Of a DNA stretch of 64,000 nt, positions 32,533-45,190 are shown one piece after another (the first letter of the stretch is position 1; each line of letters opens with the position of its first letter). The notes under the pieces are model-generated. The model ran no database searches. It saw only the letters and a program-made list of their open reading frames with translations, and was not told where the DNA came from. The DNA is from an uncultured delta proteobacterium (lineage in GTDB: Bacteria > Myxococcota_A > Polyangia > Polyangiales > B10-G4): the NCBI GenBank assembly GCA_963727445.1, contig CAVSGI010000008.1, forward strand, positions 448,001 to 512,000, read 5' to 3'. The position numbers and the translations under genes are program-made.

Positions 32533-33645
32533 GGGACGGAGGAGCGTGGTGGTGGGCGCGGGCGGCGAGAGCCGCTGGCGTCGGTGATCGGGGAGGCCAG
32601 CGTCGTGGGCCGCGGCCGCTGCGCGGCCTCTGTCCGGCGCGGGGCGCCGGACGCGAAGTGCGCGCCGTGGGATCGCACTGCGCGTCTCGGCGCATCGCGG
32701 TCACAACTGCCGGCGTTACATACGACACCCCGAGTTGTGACCGCATCGCGGTCACAACCGCCGGCGTTACCCACGACGCCACGAGTTGTGTGACCGCATC
32801 GCGGTCACAACCGCCGGCGTTACACACGACGCCACGAGTTGTGACCGCATCGCGGTCACAACCGCCGGCGTTACATACGACACCCCGAGTTGTGACCGCA
32901 TCGCGGTCACAACCGCCGGCGTTGCCCACGACGCCACGAGTTGTGACCGCATCGCGGTCACAACTGCCGGCGTTACACACGACGCCACGAGTTGTGACCG
33001 CATCGCGGTCACAACCGCCGGCGTTACATACGACACCCCGAGTTGTGACCGCATCGCGGCCACAACTGCCGGCGTTGCCCACGACGCCCCGAGTTGTGAC
33101 CGCATCGCGGTCACAACTGCCGGCGTTACACACGACGCCACGAGTTGTGACCGCATCGCGGTCACAACTGCCGGCGTTACCCACGACACCCCGAGTTGTG
33201 ACCGCATCGCGGTCACAACCGCCGGCGTTACCCACGACACCCCGAGTTGTGACCGCATCGCGGTCACAACCGCCGGCGTTACCCACGACACCCCGAGTTG
33301 TGACCGCATCGCGGTCACAACTGCCGGCGTTACCGACATCGCCCCTCCGTCGCGGTCCGCCTTCAGGGTGCGACTCACCCTTCACATGATCATCTCGCCC
33401 ATCACGCGTCCGGCGCTCCGCGCCGGACAGAGGCCGCGCAGCGGCCGCGGCCAACTGCGTTGCCATCCGCGATCGCCGCCGCCAACGGCTCTCAGCGTCG
33501 CCACTCGCCGACCACCTCCCCCCGTCCCACGCCCGCACACACCCAGCCGCGCGCACGCCGCCCGCCGCCCCGCACACCGGCCACCCCCTTCCCCATCAGC
33601 AACAGCCGGTCAGAACCACGCCGTCCAACGCCCAGGGCAGCCGAG
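32415..33645. repeat. ~240-bp imperfect inverted repeat pair (32415-32655 / 33405-33645) enclosing the 51-bp array
   Basis: 32608-32655 is the reverse complement of 33405-33452 with one mismatch; homology extends outward through a 126-bp unit. Confidence 0.9.
32691..33337. repeat. Tandem array of 13 palindromic 51-bp units (core GTTGTGACCGC-ATC-GCGGTCACAAC)
   Basis: CGCATCGCGG at 32691, 32742, 32795, 32846, 32897, 32948, 32999, 33050, 33101, 33152, 33203, 33254, 33305; first unit has only half the palindrome. Confidence 0.95.
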
Positions 33646-33753
33646 TCGCCTCCCAGCGCCCGCACACCGGTCAGAACCACGCCGTCCAACGCCCAGGGCA
33701 GCCGAACCGTCCCCACGACACGCAGCCCAACGCCCTGGGCAGCGGCCCCCGCT

Positions 33754-35004
33754 CTACCTCAGCCCGTGCTTCTTCGCGAGGCGCGCCAGGTAGTTCCGAT
33801 CGAGCCCGGCTTCGGCGCTGGCGCGGGAGACGTTGCCGTCGTGGCGGTCGAGGAGGCGGGCGACGTACTCGCGCTCGAAGGCGTCGACGAGCTTTTCCTT
33901 GGCCTCCTTGAAAGGGATGCCGGAGAGGTCTTCGCCGACGGCGGCCGCCTGGCTGGCCGTGGGAGGGGGCGGCGGCTGGGAGGGCGTGCCCTCGGCGGCG
34001 AAGCTCTGCTCGAGGTGACGCACCAGCTCGCGCACGTTGCCCGGGAAGTCGTGAGCGCGCAGCGGCGCGAGCTCCTCGAGGGTGAGGTTGAAGTCGGCGT
34101 GACCGAGGCTCTGCGCGATCTCGCGGATGAGGCGCGGCAGGTCGTCCTTGCGATCGCGTAGCGGCGGGATCACCAGACGCACGGAAGCGACGTGATAGTA
34201 GAGGTCGCGGGGCGCGGCGCCCGCTTCGACCCTTTCGCGCATGTCCGAGCGGCTGGTGGCGAGCACCCGCACGTCGAGCTCGCCCCGCTCCCGCGCTTCG
34301 AGCACCTGCACCAGCTCGCTCGCCACCGGCGCGCTCACCTGATCGATGCGGTCGACGACCACGGTGCCGCCGGCGGCAGCGCGGAAGGTGTCGGCGACGC
34401 CTCCTTCGGGGATGGAAGCGCCCGCATCGAGGACGGCGAAGGGCGCCTCCCGGCGCGAGGACGCATCGTGGATGGCCCGGGCCACCTCGCTCTTGCCGAC
34501 GCCCGGCTCGCCCTCGAGGAGCACGGGCACCTCGCTGGCCGAGACCCGCTCGAGGACGCCGAAGAGCCGGCGCATCAGCGGCGTCGCACCCACCAGGGCC
34601 CCGAAGCGCGTGGACTCGCTCGGAACGTCCGGCGCCGGGACGTCGGCGGGCAGGACCTCGATCCGCGTCCGGCCCACCTTGAACTCGGCGGCTGGCGTGA
34701 GCACCAGCGACTCGATGCGGCTCGAGCCGAAGAACGTCCCGTTGGTGCTCTTGAGGTCGCGCACCCGCACGCCCTCCGACAAGAGCGCGACCTCGGCGTG
34801 GTACCGCGAGACCGCCTTGTCGCTGAGGGTGAGGTCCGCCTCGTGGTGAGAACCGATGGTCATCGTACCGCTCTCGAGGACCTTCTCTTTGCCCCGATCG
34901 TCACCGCTCACCACGCGCACCAGCACGCGCCGCACGACGAGCGCGCCGGTCGCGTCGGTGGCGAGAGTTCCCACGAGGCCCGTCATCGTGTGTTGGTCGG
35001 ACAC
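33754..35004 (-). CDS. FHA-domain sigma-54-family AAA+ regulator, degenerate (no GAFTGA)
   Basis: FHA (IGS..VSRYHA..DLKSTNGT), GEPGVGKS, FPGNVREL, GNVSRASAEAGLDRNYL HTH. Confidence 0.85.
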   Translation of the reverse strand: MSDQHTMTGLVGTLATDATGALVVRRVLVRVVSGDDRGKEKVLESGTMTIGSHHEADLTLSDKAVSRYHAEVALLSEGVRVRDLKSTNGTFFGSSRIESLVLTPAAEFKVGRTRIEVLPADVPAPDVPSESTRFGALVGATPLMRRLFGVLERVSASEVPVLLEGEPGVGKSEVARAIHDASSRREAPFAVLDAGASIPEGGVADTFRAAAGGTVVVDRIDQVSAPVASELVQVLEARERGELDVRVLATSRSDMRERVEAGAAPRDLYYHVASVRLVIPPLRDRKDDLPRLIREIAQSLGHADFNLTLEELAPLRAHDFPGNVRELVRHLEQSFAAEGTPSQPPPPPTASQAAAVGEDLSGIPFKEAKEKLVDAFEREYVARLLDRHDGNVSRASAEAGLDRNYLARLAKKHGLR

Positions 35005-35086
35005 GGCGGGCCTAGCATACCCACTTTTGGGTCTCAGTGAGGGTCTAGAAAAACGATCCGCATCCGGGTGAGCGGTTCGCTCCAGA

Positions 35087-35773
35087 CTAGACGAGCTCCA
35101 GAATCGAGCGGACGGCATCCGGATCGCTGAGCTCGTCGTAGACCGCAGTGGGACCGTGCGCGCGGAGCTCCTCCGCCGTCCAGCCCCCGGTCGCGACGGC
35201 GACGCACTCGGCGCCCATCTCCGCGGCCGCCGCGATGTCGCGCGGCGTGTCGCCGATGACCACCACGCGACACGCGTCCAGCGGGACGCCGAGGAGCTCG
35301 GCGCCCCGTTCGGCGCCGCGGGTCAATAGCGCGGTGCGGTTCTCCGCGTCGGAGCCGAAGCCGCCGAAGCCGAAGCGGGCGGAGAGCTCGGCGCGGCCGA
35401 GCTTGATGCGCGCGCCCGGCTCGACGTTTCCGGTCCCGAGCCCGACGGCGACCTCGTCGTGACCGATCACCGCATCGAGCACCTCGTAGACCCCCGGCAG
35501 CACGCGATAGTCGGGCGCCGCCTCGACCTCGGTGGGCAGGATCGACAGGTAGGTCTCGAAGACGGACTGAACCACAGCCTCGTCGAAGGCCCGGCCCACG
35601 CGCTCGAGGCCGGCCCGAACGATCCCCGGATCGGTCATCCCACCGAAGCGAAAATCCGCGAAGACATCGGCGTGGCCCGTCACCTCGCGAAAGGCGCGCT
35701 CCATCGAACGACGGCCGGCGCCGCCCGTCAGGATCAGCGTGCCGTCGACGTCGAAGAGCAGGATGGTGGGCAT
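35087..35773 (-). CDS. HAD-family hydrolase (phosphoglycolate phosphatase-like)
   Basis: LFDVDGTL, GTGN, IGDTPRD. Confidence 0.9.
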   Translation of the reverse strand: MPTILLFDVDGTLILTGGAGRRSMERAFREVTGHADVFADFRFGGMTDPGIVRAGLERVGRAFDEAVVQSVFETYLSILPTEVEAAPDYRVLPGVYEVLDAVIGHDEVAVGLGTGNVEPGARIKLGRAELSARFGFGGFGSDAENRTALLTRGAERGAELLGVPLDACRVVVIGDTPRDIAAAAEMGAECVAVATGGWTAEELRAHGPTAVYDELSDPDAVRSILELV

Positions 35774-35804
35774 CGGTGGCTCTGCGCGAAAGGCGTGGCG
35801 CCGC

Positions 35805-36656
35805 TCAGTGACCGCCGAGCGCGTCGATGCGCTCCTGCGCGCGTGCCGCGGCGGCGGCGTCGCGAGAACGTACCGCTTCGATGTACTGCCGGTAGACCCG
35901 CACCGCCTCGTCGGCGTGGCTCTCCGTCTCCAGACAGACGCCGAGATCGTAGAGCGCATCCGCGTTGCCGGGACGCAGCTCGAGCGCGCGGCGATAGTGC
36001 GGGATCGCCTCTTCGCAGCGCTCCGCGCTCCTCAGGCTGATGGCGAGGTTGAGGTGCATCTCCCAGTCGGTGTCGTGATGCTCGATCGCCTCGCCGAGCA
36101 TGATGATCGACTCTTCGTAGCGGCGCTCCTGGTTCATCGCCACCGCCAGGTTGTTGATCAAACCGGTATCGCCCGGGTTGCGACGCAGCCCTTCGCGATA
36201 GGCCTGCATGGCCTCGTCGTTGCGCCTGAGGCGGCGGTACGCGATGCCGAGGTTCCCCCAGCTCGACGCGTCCGACGGGTCGAGCTCCACCGCGTGCCTC
36301 AGCGGCGCGATCGCGGCTTCGTACTGACGAAGACGGATGTGCATCGCCCCCTTCATCGCCCAACCGGCGGCGTAGTCGGGCTCGAGGCGAGTCACCGCGT
36401 TGAAGCACCCCAGAGCCGGCCGAAGCCGGCCGAGGCGACGGTAGAGCCCCCCCGCCGTGAAGTGCGCGGCCGCATGGCTGGGGCGCGCGCGAATGGCGGC
36501 CTGCGCCTCGGCCAGCGCCTCCTCGAAGCGTCCCTCGCGCTTGTAGACGAGGGCCTGACGGTAGTGCACTTCCGCCTCGTCTGCCCGGGCCACGGGCGCG
36601 CTCGACAGGAGCGCGGCGAGCACCGCCAGGATGGAGATGGTGCGAATCGAGGTCAC
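35805..36656 (-). CDS. Secreted TPR protein
   Basis: Signal peptide (PVARA), about 7 TPR repeats. Confidence 0.85.
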   Translation of the reverse strand: MTSIRTISILAVLAALLSSAPVARADEAEVHYRQALVYKREGRFEEALAEAQAAIRARPSHAAAHFTAGGLYRRLGRLRPALGCFNAVTRLEPDYAAGWAMKGAMHIRLRQYEAAIAPLRHAVELDPSDASSWGNLGIAYRRLRRNDEAMQAYREGLRRNPGDTGLINNLAVAMNQERRYEESIIMLGEAIEHHDTDWEMHLNLAISLRSAERCEEAIPHYRRALELRPGNADALYDLGVCLETESHADEAVRVYRQYIEAVRSRDAAAAARAQERIDALGGH

Positions 36657-36687
36657 GGGACGCCTCCTTCAGAGTGCCCAGAGGCTA

Positions 36688-37437
36688 TCACGAAGCCTGA
36701 TGCGTCGGGCGCATCAGCAGATCGTGATACTGGACGTGGGGCGGCGCGCTGAGCACGTGGCGGATCGCGTCGGCGACGTCGCCCGCCTCGAGGACCTTGA
36801 AGCGCCCATAGGTCTTCGCCGCCGCCTCCTTGCTCTTGTGGTAGTGCTCGGCGAATTCGGTCTCGACGAAGCCGGGGCTGATGGCGGTCACGCGAACCCC
36901 GCTCCCGAGCTCGCGCAGCTCCGCGCGCAGCCCCTCGGTGAGGCTTCGCACGGCGTACTTCGTCGCCGAATAGACGCCGCTGCCCGGTGGGACGCGATGC
37001 GCGGCCATCGACGAGACGTGGATCACGTGGCCGTCGTCGCCGCGCGCCCGCATCTGGCGCACCGCTTCTCGGGTCGCCACGCAGAGGGCCAGTACGTTGA
37101 CCTCGAGCATCTCCCGCCAGTCTTCGGTCTCACCCTCGGTGAGCGGCGCCGCGTGCCCGAGACCCGCGTTGTTCACGAGGACGTCGACGCCGCCCCAGCG
37201 TCCGGCCACCGCTTCGAAGAGGCGCACGATCGCGTCGGTGTTGCGGAGGTCGACCGCGTGGGCCTCCATCTCGAGGCCCGCCAGCTCCGCTTCGTGGCAG
37301 AGCGCCTCGAGGCGCTCCCCGCGTCGTGCGCAGACCGCGACCTTCATCCCTTCGGCCGCGAGCAGCTTCGCCGTCTCCCTGCCGATCCCGCTCGAGGCGC
37401 CGGTGATCAGCGCCACTCTACCCTTCCACCGCTTCAT
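36688..37437 (-). CDS. Short-chain dehydrogenase/reductase
   Basis: [17 protein letters not shown]. Confidence 0.92.
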   Translation of the reverse strand: MKRWKGRVALITGASSGIGRETAKLLAAEGMKVAVCARRGERLEALCHEAELAGLEMEAHAVDLRNTDAIVRLFEAVAGRWGGVDVLVNNAGLGHAAPLTEGETEDWREMLEVNVLALCVATREAVRQMRARGDDGHVIHVSSMAAHRVPPGSGVYSATKYAVRSLTEGLRAELRELGSGVRVTAISPGFVETEFAEHYHKSKEAAAKTYGRFKVLEAGDVADAIRHVLSAPPHVQYHDLLMRPTHQAS

Positions 37438-37458
37438 GGCCGCGCAGGGTAGCAGGGC

Positions 37459-38989
37459 TCACTCCCCCGGGGGCACCACCTTCGGCGCCGCCCGACCGCG
37501 CGCGATCTCCCCGGTCGCCTGATACTCCTTTCCGAGCGCCCGCTGCACCGCGGTGGCGCTCCGCCAAGCGAGGTAACCCATGTTGAAGGGGATCGCGTAC
37601 TTGGGGTCGAGGATCGGATTCTTCAAGTGTCCATGCTGTACCAGCACAATCACCTGCTCGACCACGCTGGTCGGGCAGCCCGTGAAGCGCACGTAGGCGG
37701 AGTCCTCGGAGACCTGCAGCTTTCGCGTCACCGTCGCGAGCTTGACGAACACGTCCTGGTGCTTGGCGCTGTGAGGATCGGTCTCGCTCCGATCGCGATA
37801 CTCGCTCTTCACGTGCACCTGATGACCGAAGAGCTCGCCCTTCCACGTCGCGCAGTCGCCGATGAAGACGACCCGCTCCCCCGGCTGCGCGTCGATGGGG
37901 CCGTCGTAGGCGCCGAAGATGATGTGAGTGCGCGGCATCTTCTCCTCGCACCGCGCGTCGAAGCGCCGGAGGATTTCCACGGCTTCTTCGAGGGCGCCGG
38001 GGCACCCGCCCCAGCAGTAGTCGTACTGCAGGTCGTCCTTCGGCCGATCGTTCGGCGGGGGGCCGGCGTACGCGCAGATGTTCGTGCCCTCGAAGTACTT
38101 CTCGACGCGGATCAACCCCACCCGGAAGCCCCGGCCGCGCTCCCGCGCCTCGTCGAAGCTCACGTCCCCGCTGATCTCGATGTGGTCGAGATCGACCGGC
38201 CCGAAATCCGCGCTCGTGGGCCAGGCGGATGTGCGGGACCTCCATGGGGTCGACGCCGATGATCCGACAGCAGACCGCGTCGAAGGCGACCTGATTGTTG
38301 CCCATGATCACCATGTGCAGGGGGAACGGGATCGGCGTCAGCATCCGGCCCTCGCCCGCGACGATGGCGTCGATGCAGATGAACTGTGGCTGCACGATGT
38401 ACTGGAGGTCGGCGATCTTCTGGTCGAGACGATGATCGTGATCGATGAGGCGGTGACGGTCGTCCTGGATCCCGATGTAGTTCTTCATCGAGAAGGTGAC
38501 CGTCGTCCACGGATGCGCCTTGAGCTTCGGGCAGTTCACGAAGAAGTCCGCGCGCGCGACGGGCTCCGGCGTGTAGATGTAGTCGCGCAGGCGCCCCTCG
38601 TGGGAGAGCGGGATCTCGACCTGCGTCTCCTCCTCGAAACAGTAGCGGCGAACGCCGAGCCGCTCGAGCATCGGATCGTAGCCGGCCTCCGCAAAGGCCA
38701 CGCGCGTCGGAACGGTGATGCCGCAGCGCTCGCCCACGGCGAGCTCCCTGGTCCTGCCCTTCCCCTTCTTCTGCAGCGCGCGCAGCACGCCCTCGACGAG
38801 CTCGGGCCGGGTGTAGGCGTCCTGGAAGAGCTCGCCTGCCGCCACCACGTTCGGTTTGACGAGCGTGCGACCGGAGGGTGTGAGCTCCAGATGTTCGAGC
38901 CCGTCATGAACGATCTCGGTGATTCGGTCCGCGTCGTAGGTGTCGCAGTGTCGAAGGACGACCTTGGCGTTCTGAGTCGGATGCTGCAT
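37459..38989 (-). CDS. DUF362-domain protein with Cys-rich C-terminal (Fe-S-like) domain (frameshift ~38205)
   Basis: LVKPNVV, NCPKLKAH..TFSMKNYIG, IDAIVAGEG; C-terminal CWGGCPG, FIGDC, FTGCP. Confidence 0.75.
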
Positions 38990-39036
38990 CTGGTTTCGAT
39001 GATGCGCGGAGGACCGGCGGGAGTCGAGGACCGGGC

Positions 39037-41928
<2,892 letters not shown>

Positions 41929-42046
41929 TCGGAGGCCTCCGTGCACGCTCGCACGCGCGGCACAGCCTGACCCATCGCGCGGACGAAGAACGCTCGACTT
42001 GTTCGTGGTGAACGTCTGGCACGACGTTCGCAGCATACAGAACGTC

Positions 42047-42883
42047 GTGAGGATCCGTCTCGGGCTCGTCGCGGTCTTATGTGTGGCGGGGTGCTCGCCG
42101 GCGCTCGGGACGCTTCAACCTGCGCGGACGACGCCCGAGGGCCATCTGCAGGTCACCGGCTCGGTGGACTACGTGCACACCGACGGTGAGATCCGCGAGG
42201 CGATCGGCGTGGTGGAAGGCGCACACTTCGGTGGACGCATGACCCGCGCCGAGGTGACCGAGATCACGGACGCCGCCACGGTGGCGCTCGTTCAGCCGCC
42301 GAGCGTCGGCGCGACGATGGCCGCCTCCTACGGCATCACCAAGCGCTTCGAGCTCGGGGTGCGAACCTCGGGGAGCGCCGTGCGCGGACACGTCCGCTTT
42401 CAGTGGCTTCGGATCGCCCCAGGGATCTATGGCTCCGCGGGCTTCGGCGTCTCGGGCTACCTCTTCGGCTTTCCCCTTCAAACCGTGAGCGACGACGCGG
42501 TGAAGGTGAACGGCTTCACGCGGTGGGACTTCGACCTGCCGATCCATCTCGGCTACTCCGGCCGCTACTTCCACGTGTGGGGCGGGCCCAAGTTGATCTT
42601 CTCGACCTACGATTCGAGCCTCACCGTATGCACCGACACCCGGGGACCCGGTTGCAACGCCTCGGCCGGAGTGAAGGTGGGCGGCACGGCGGCCTACGTG
42701 ACGGGTCAGCTGGGCTTCGCGGTCGGCTACCGGCGCTTCTGGGTGGCCGCCGAGCTCACGGTGGGGCGGGTCGGCGCCAGCGGCAACGTCGGGATCACTT
42801 CTGGCAGCCGTTCGGACCATGGCACCTTCGCCCACGAAGGGCTGGTGCTGAGCCCATCGGTGGGCTTCATCAGCTGGTTCTGA
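42047..42883 (+). CDS. Putative outer-membrane beta-barrel lipoprotein
   Basis: Lipobox VAGC; amphipathic beta strands; C-terminal ISWF. Confidence 0.65.
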   Translation: MRIRLGLVAVLCVAGCSPALGTLQPARTTPEGHLQVTGSVDYVHTDGEIREAIGVVEGAHFGGRMTRAEVTEITDAATVALVQPPSVGATMAASYGITKRFELGVRTSGSAVRGHVRFQWLRIAPGIYGSAGFGVSGYLFGFPLQTVSDDAVKVNGFTRWDFDLPIHLGYSGRYFHVWGGPKLIFSTYDSSLTVCTDTRGPGCNASAGVKVGGTAAYVTGQLGFAVGYRRFWVAAELTVGRVGASGNVGITSGSRSDHGTFAHEGLVLSPSVGFISWF

Positions 42884-43026
42884 GGAGGAAGAGCAGGACC
42901 CCGACGAGGGCGCCCGCGACCGCCGCGGCCGCCAGCGTGTAGAGGAGCAAGCGTCGCGCTCTCGGGGGTGTTGCGACCGGGGGGCGCGGATCGACCACGG
43001 TCGGCGCGGCCTCCTGGATCCGCTCC

Positions 43027-44097
43027 TCATGGCACCGCCTGAACGCCCGGCGGGGCGGCGGTGGGCGGAGGTGCCTCGAAAGCGCTCTGCGCGAGGAAGA
43101 AGACGGAGAGCGTCAGCGCGACCCCCAGGATGACCCCGGCGAAGAGCAGAACCGACGGCGCGATGCGACGCCGCGGCTCCGCGATCGGGCTCATCACCTT
43201 CTGGGTGACGGAGGTCTCGGTGAGAGGGATCGGCTGAAACCCGGTCGCCGCGGCGCCTTCGGACACTTCGTCGAGAGAGCCAGCGAGCTCGCGGTATGCG
43301 CGAGCGAGCTCACCCGCGCTCGAAGGCCGATCCTTCTTGTAGGGTGAAATCGCGCGATGGACGACGTCGGCCAGTTCGCGGTCCACGCGTGGCAGGAGCA
43401 CGTCGAGGCGCGGAGCGCCTTCCGCGATCTGCATCGCCACCTGCAGCGGGTTGCCCACGAAGGGCGGACCGCCGGCGAGCGCGGACCAGATGATGACGCC
43501 CAGGGCGTAGACGTCGGTCTGGTGGTCGACATCGGTGACGCCGGTGAGCTGCTCGGGAGACATGTAACGGACGGTCCCCACCACCTGGCCCGTCACCGTG
43601 AGCCGCACGTAGTCGGCGCCGTGGGCGACGCCGAAATCGAGGAGCTTCGGTCCCGAGGAGGTCAGGACGACGTTCGAGGGCTTGAGGTCGCGATGGATGA
43701 AGCCCGCGCCGTGGACCGCGTCGAGAGCGCTGGCGACGCCATCGACGATGGGCACCAGATCCGCGGGCGCCACCGGCGCCTCGCGCTCGAGATACGCCTG
43801 GAGCGTCTCCCCTTCCAGGAGCTCCATCACGATGTAGATCGCGCCCTCCGTGGCGAGGCCCGCGTCGACCATCCGAACGATGCCCGGGTGGTCCAGACGC
43901 GAGAGCACCTCTGCCTCTCTTTGGAGACGCGCGGCAGTGGTCGCGCCTCTGGCGACCTTCTGGCGCACCACCTTCATCGCAAAGCGCTGTCCGTCGTCGG
44001 TGCGCTCGACCTCGTACACGATCCCCATGCCACCCGAAGCGATCTCCTGGCGGATCTCGTAGCGGCCCCCGACGACCGTTCCTTCGGACACCTTCAC
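43027..44097 (-). CDS. Hanks-type Ser/Thr kinase with C-terminal TM
   Basis: ASGGMG, FAMK, HRDLKPSN, DFG, YMSPEQ; GTG start overlaps MTase stop. Confidence 0.9.
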   Translation of the reverse strand: MKVSEGTVVGGRYEIRQEIASGGMGIVYEVERTDDGQRFAMKVVRQKVARGATTAARLQREAEVLSRLDHPGIVRMVDAGLATEGAIYIVMELLEGETLQAYLEREAPVAPADLVPIVDGVASALDAVHGAGFIHRDLKPSNVVLTSSGPKLLDFGVAHGADYVRLTVTGQVVGTVRYMSPEQLTGVTDVDHQTDVYALGVIIWSALAGGPPFVGNPLQVAMQIAEGAPRLDVLLPRVDRELADVVHRAISPYKKDRPSSAGELARAYRELAGSLDEVSEGAAATGFQPIPLTETSVTQKVMSPIAEPRRRIAPSVLLFAGVILGVALTLSVFFLAQSAFEAPPPTAAPPGVQAVP

Positions 44098-45095
44098 CGC
44101 GTGACGACGAAGAGGAACTCCCGATTTCTCAGATGGGACACCCTCCCGACCTTCTCCCCAGAGGGATTGTAGATCCCGATCTGGGCTCCGACATAGCGCT
44201 TGAAGTCGTGATCGTAGGCGACGACCTCCCCGAGCGGGCGCAGGATCTCGGTGATCTCGTCCGCCGAGAGGTAGCCCTCGTCGCTGAAGGAGACCATCAG
44301 TCGCTTCGCGGGCATGCGCTTCGTGAGGTCGGCGAGGGCGTCGGCGATCTGGTTCTTTCGGTTGTAGGCCGACTGGTAGTCCTTGCAGTCGTGCCGCTTC
44401 ATGGCGACGCCGTACGCCGTCGGGGCGTCCCACCGCACCAGCGTCTCCCACACGTGATAGTTGTTGAGGTACTTGTGCTGGTTGTACGGCGGGTCGAGGT
44501 AGGCGAGGTCCCACTCCCCCCGGTCGGGCAACGCGCCCGCATCGAGACAGAGCGCCTCCCCGGGTTCGTCGAGCACGTCGGGCATGCGCAGCTCGAGATC
44601 GTTGTCGGCGCGCGGGGCCCACTTCTTGAGATACGCCATCTGCACGCCGCAGGTCGAGTCGACGCGGTCCGCCGCCTCCATGAGCGAGGTCAGCACCACG
44701 GCCTCGACGTCGGGCGCGAGCTTCATCGACGCGATCCGATCCCGCATGGCGTCGATGCGCGCGCCGTTCTTCGGCCTGAAGAACCGCGACTTCTCGCAGA
44801 AGGTCTCCGTGAAGTAGCCGGGCACGGGCTCGACCTCGCGGAGCTCCGCGAGGACGCGCTCCACGTCCTTCTGAACGGCTTCGCGATCTGCCTGAACGTA
44901 GCAACGCGCGAGACAGTGCGCGTAGGCGTTGTGGTCGTTGGCGGTGACGCGATAGCCGGCCTTCTTGAGCGCGTGACCGACGCGGGAGGTCCCGCTGAAG
45001 GCGTCGAGGACTGTGCGCACCTCGTCCCCGAAGCCCTGGACCAGCTCCACGATTCGCGGGACCAGCACCCGCTTGCTTCCGATGTACTTGATCAT
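44094..45095 (-). CDS. D12-class N6-adenine DNA methyltransferase (no REase nearby)
   Basis: MIKYIGSK, LDAFSGT motif I, YLDPPY motif IV; start could extend to 45161. Confidence 0.88.
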   Translation of the reverse strand: MIKYIGSKRVLVPRIVELVQGFGDEVRTVLDAFSGTSRVGHALKKAGYRVTANDHNAYAHCLARCYVQADREAVQKDVERVLAELREVEPVPGYFTETFCEKSRFFRPKNGARIDAMRDRIASMKLAPDVEAVVLTSLMEAADRVDSTCGVQMAYLKKWAPRADNDLELRMPDVLDEPGEALCLDAGALPDRGEWDLAYLDPPYNQHKYLNNYHVWETLVRWDAPTAYGVAMKRHDCKDYQSAYNRKNQIADALADLTKRMPAKRLMVSFSDEGYLSADEITEILRPLGEVVAYDHDFKRYVGAQIGIYNPSGEKVGRVSHLRNREFLFVVTR

Positions 45096-45190
45096 CGGCT
45101 GGAAGGGTTCATAACCCGCGGGCGGTGCGACGTCACCGGTGCCCCCCGAGATCGTGATCATCGCGCGCTGACGCGGACCCCAGCCGAACC

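Noticed and set aside
32691..33337. CRISPR array
   Set aside because: The linkers are near-identical rather than unique spacers; no cas genes or AT-rich leader
31205..34161. Repeat-protein ORFs (e.g. 31205..33577, 32786..33793, 32658..33389)
   Set aside because: Open in several frames and on both strands only because 51 and 126 are multiples of 3; units with 125- and 53-bp spacing break the frame; no credible start signals
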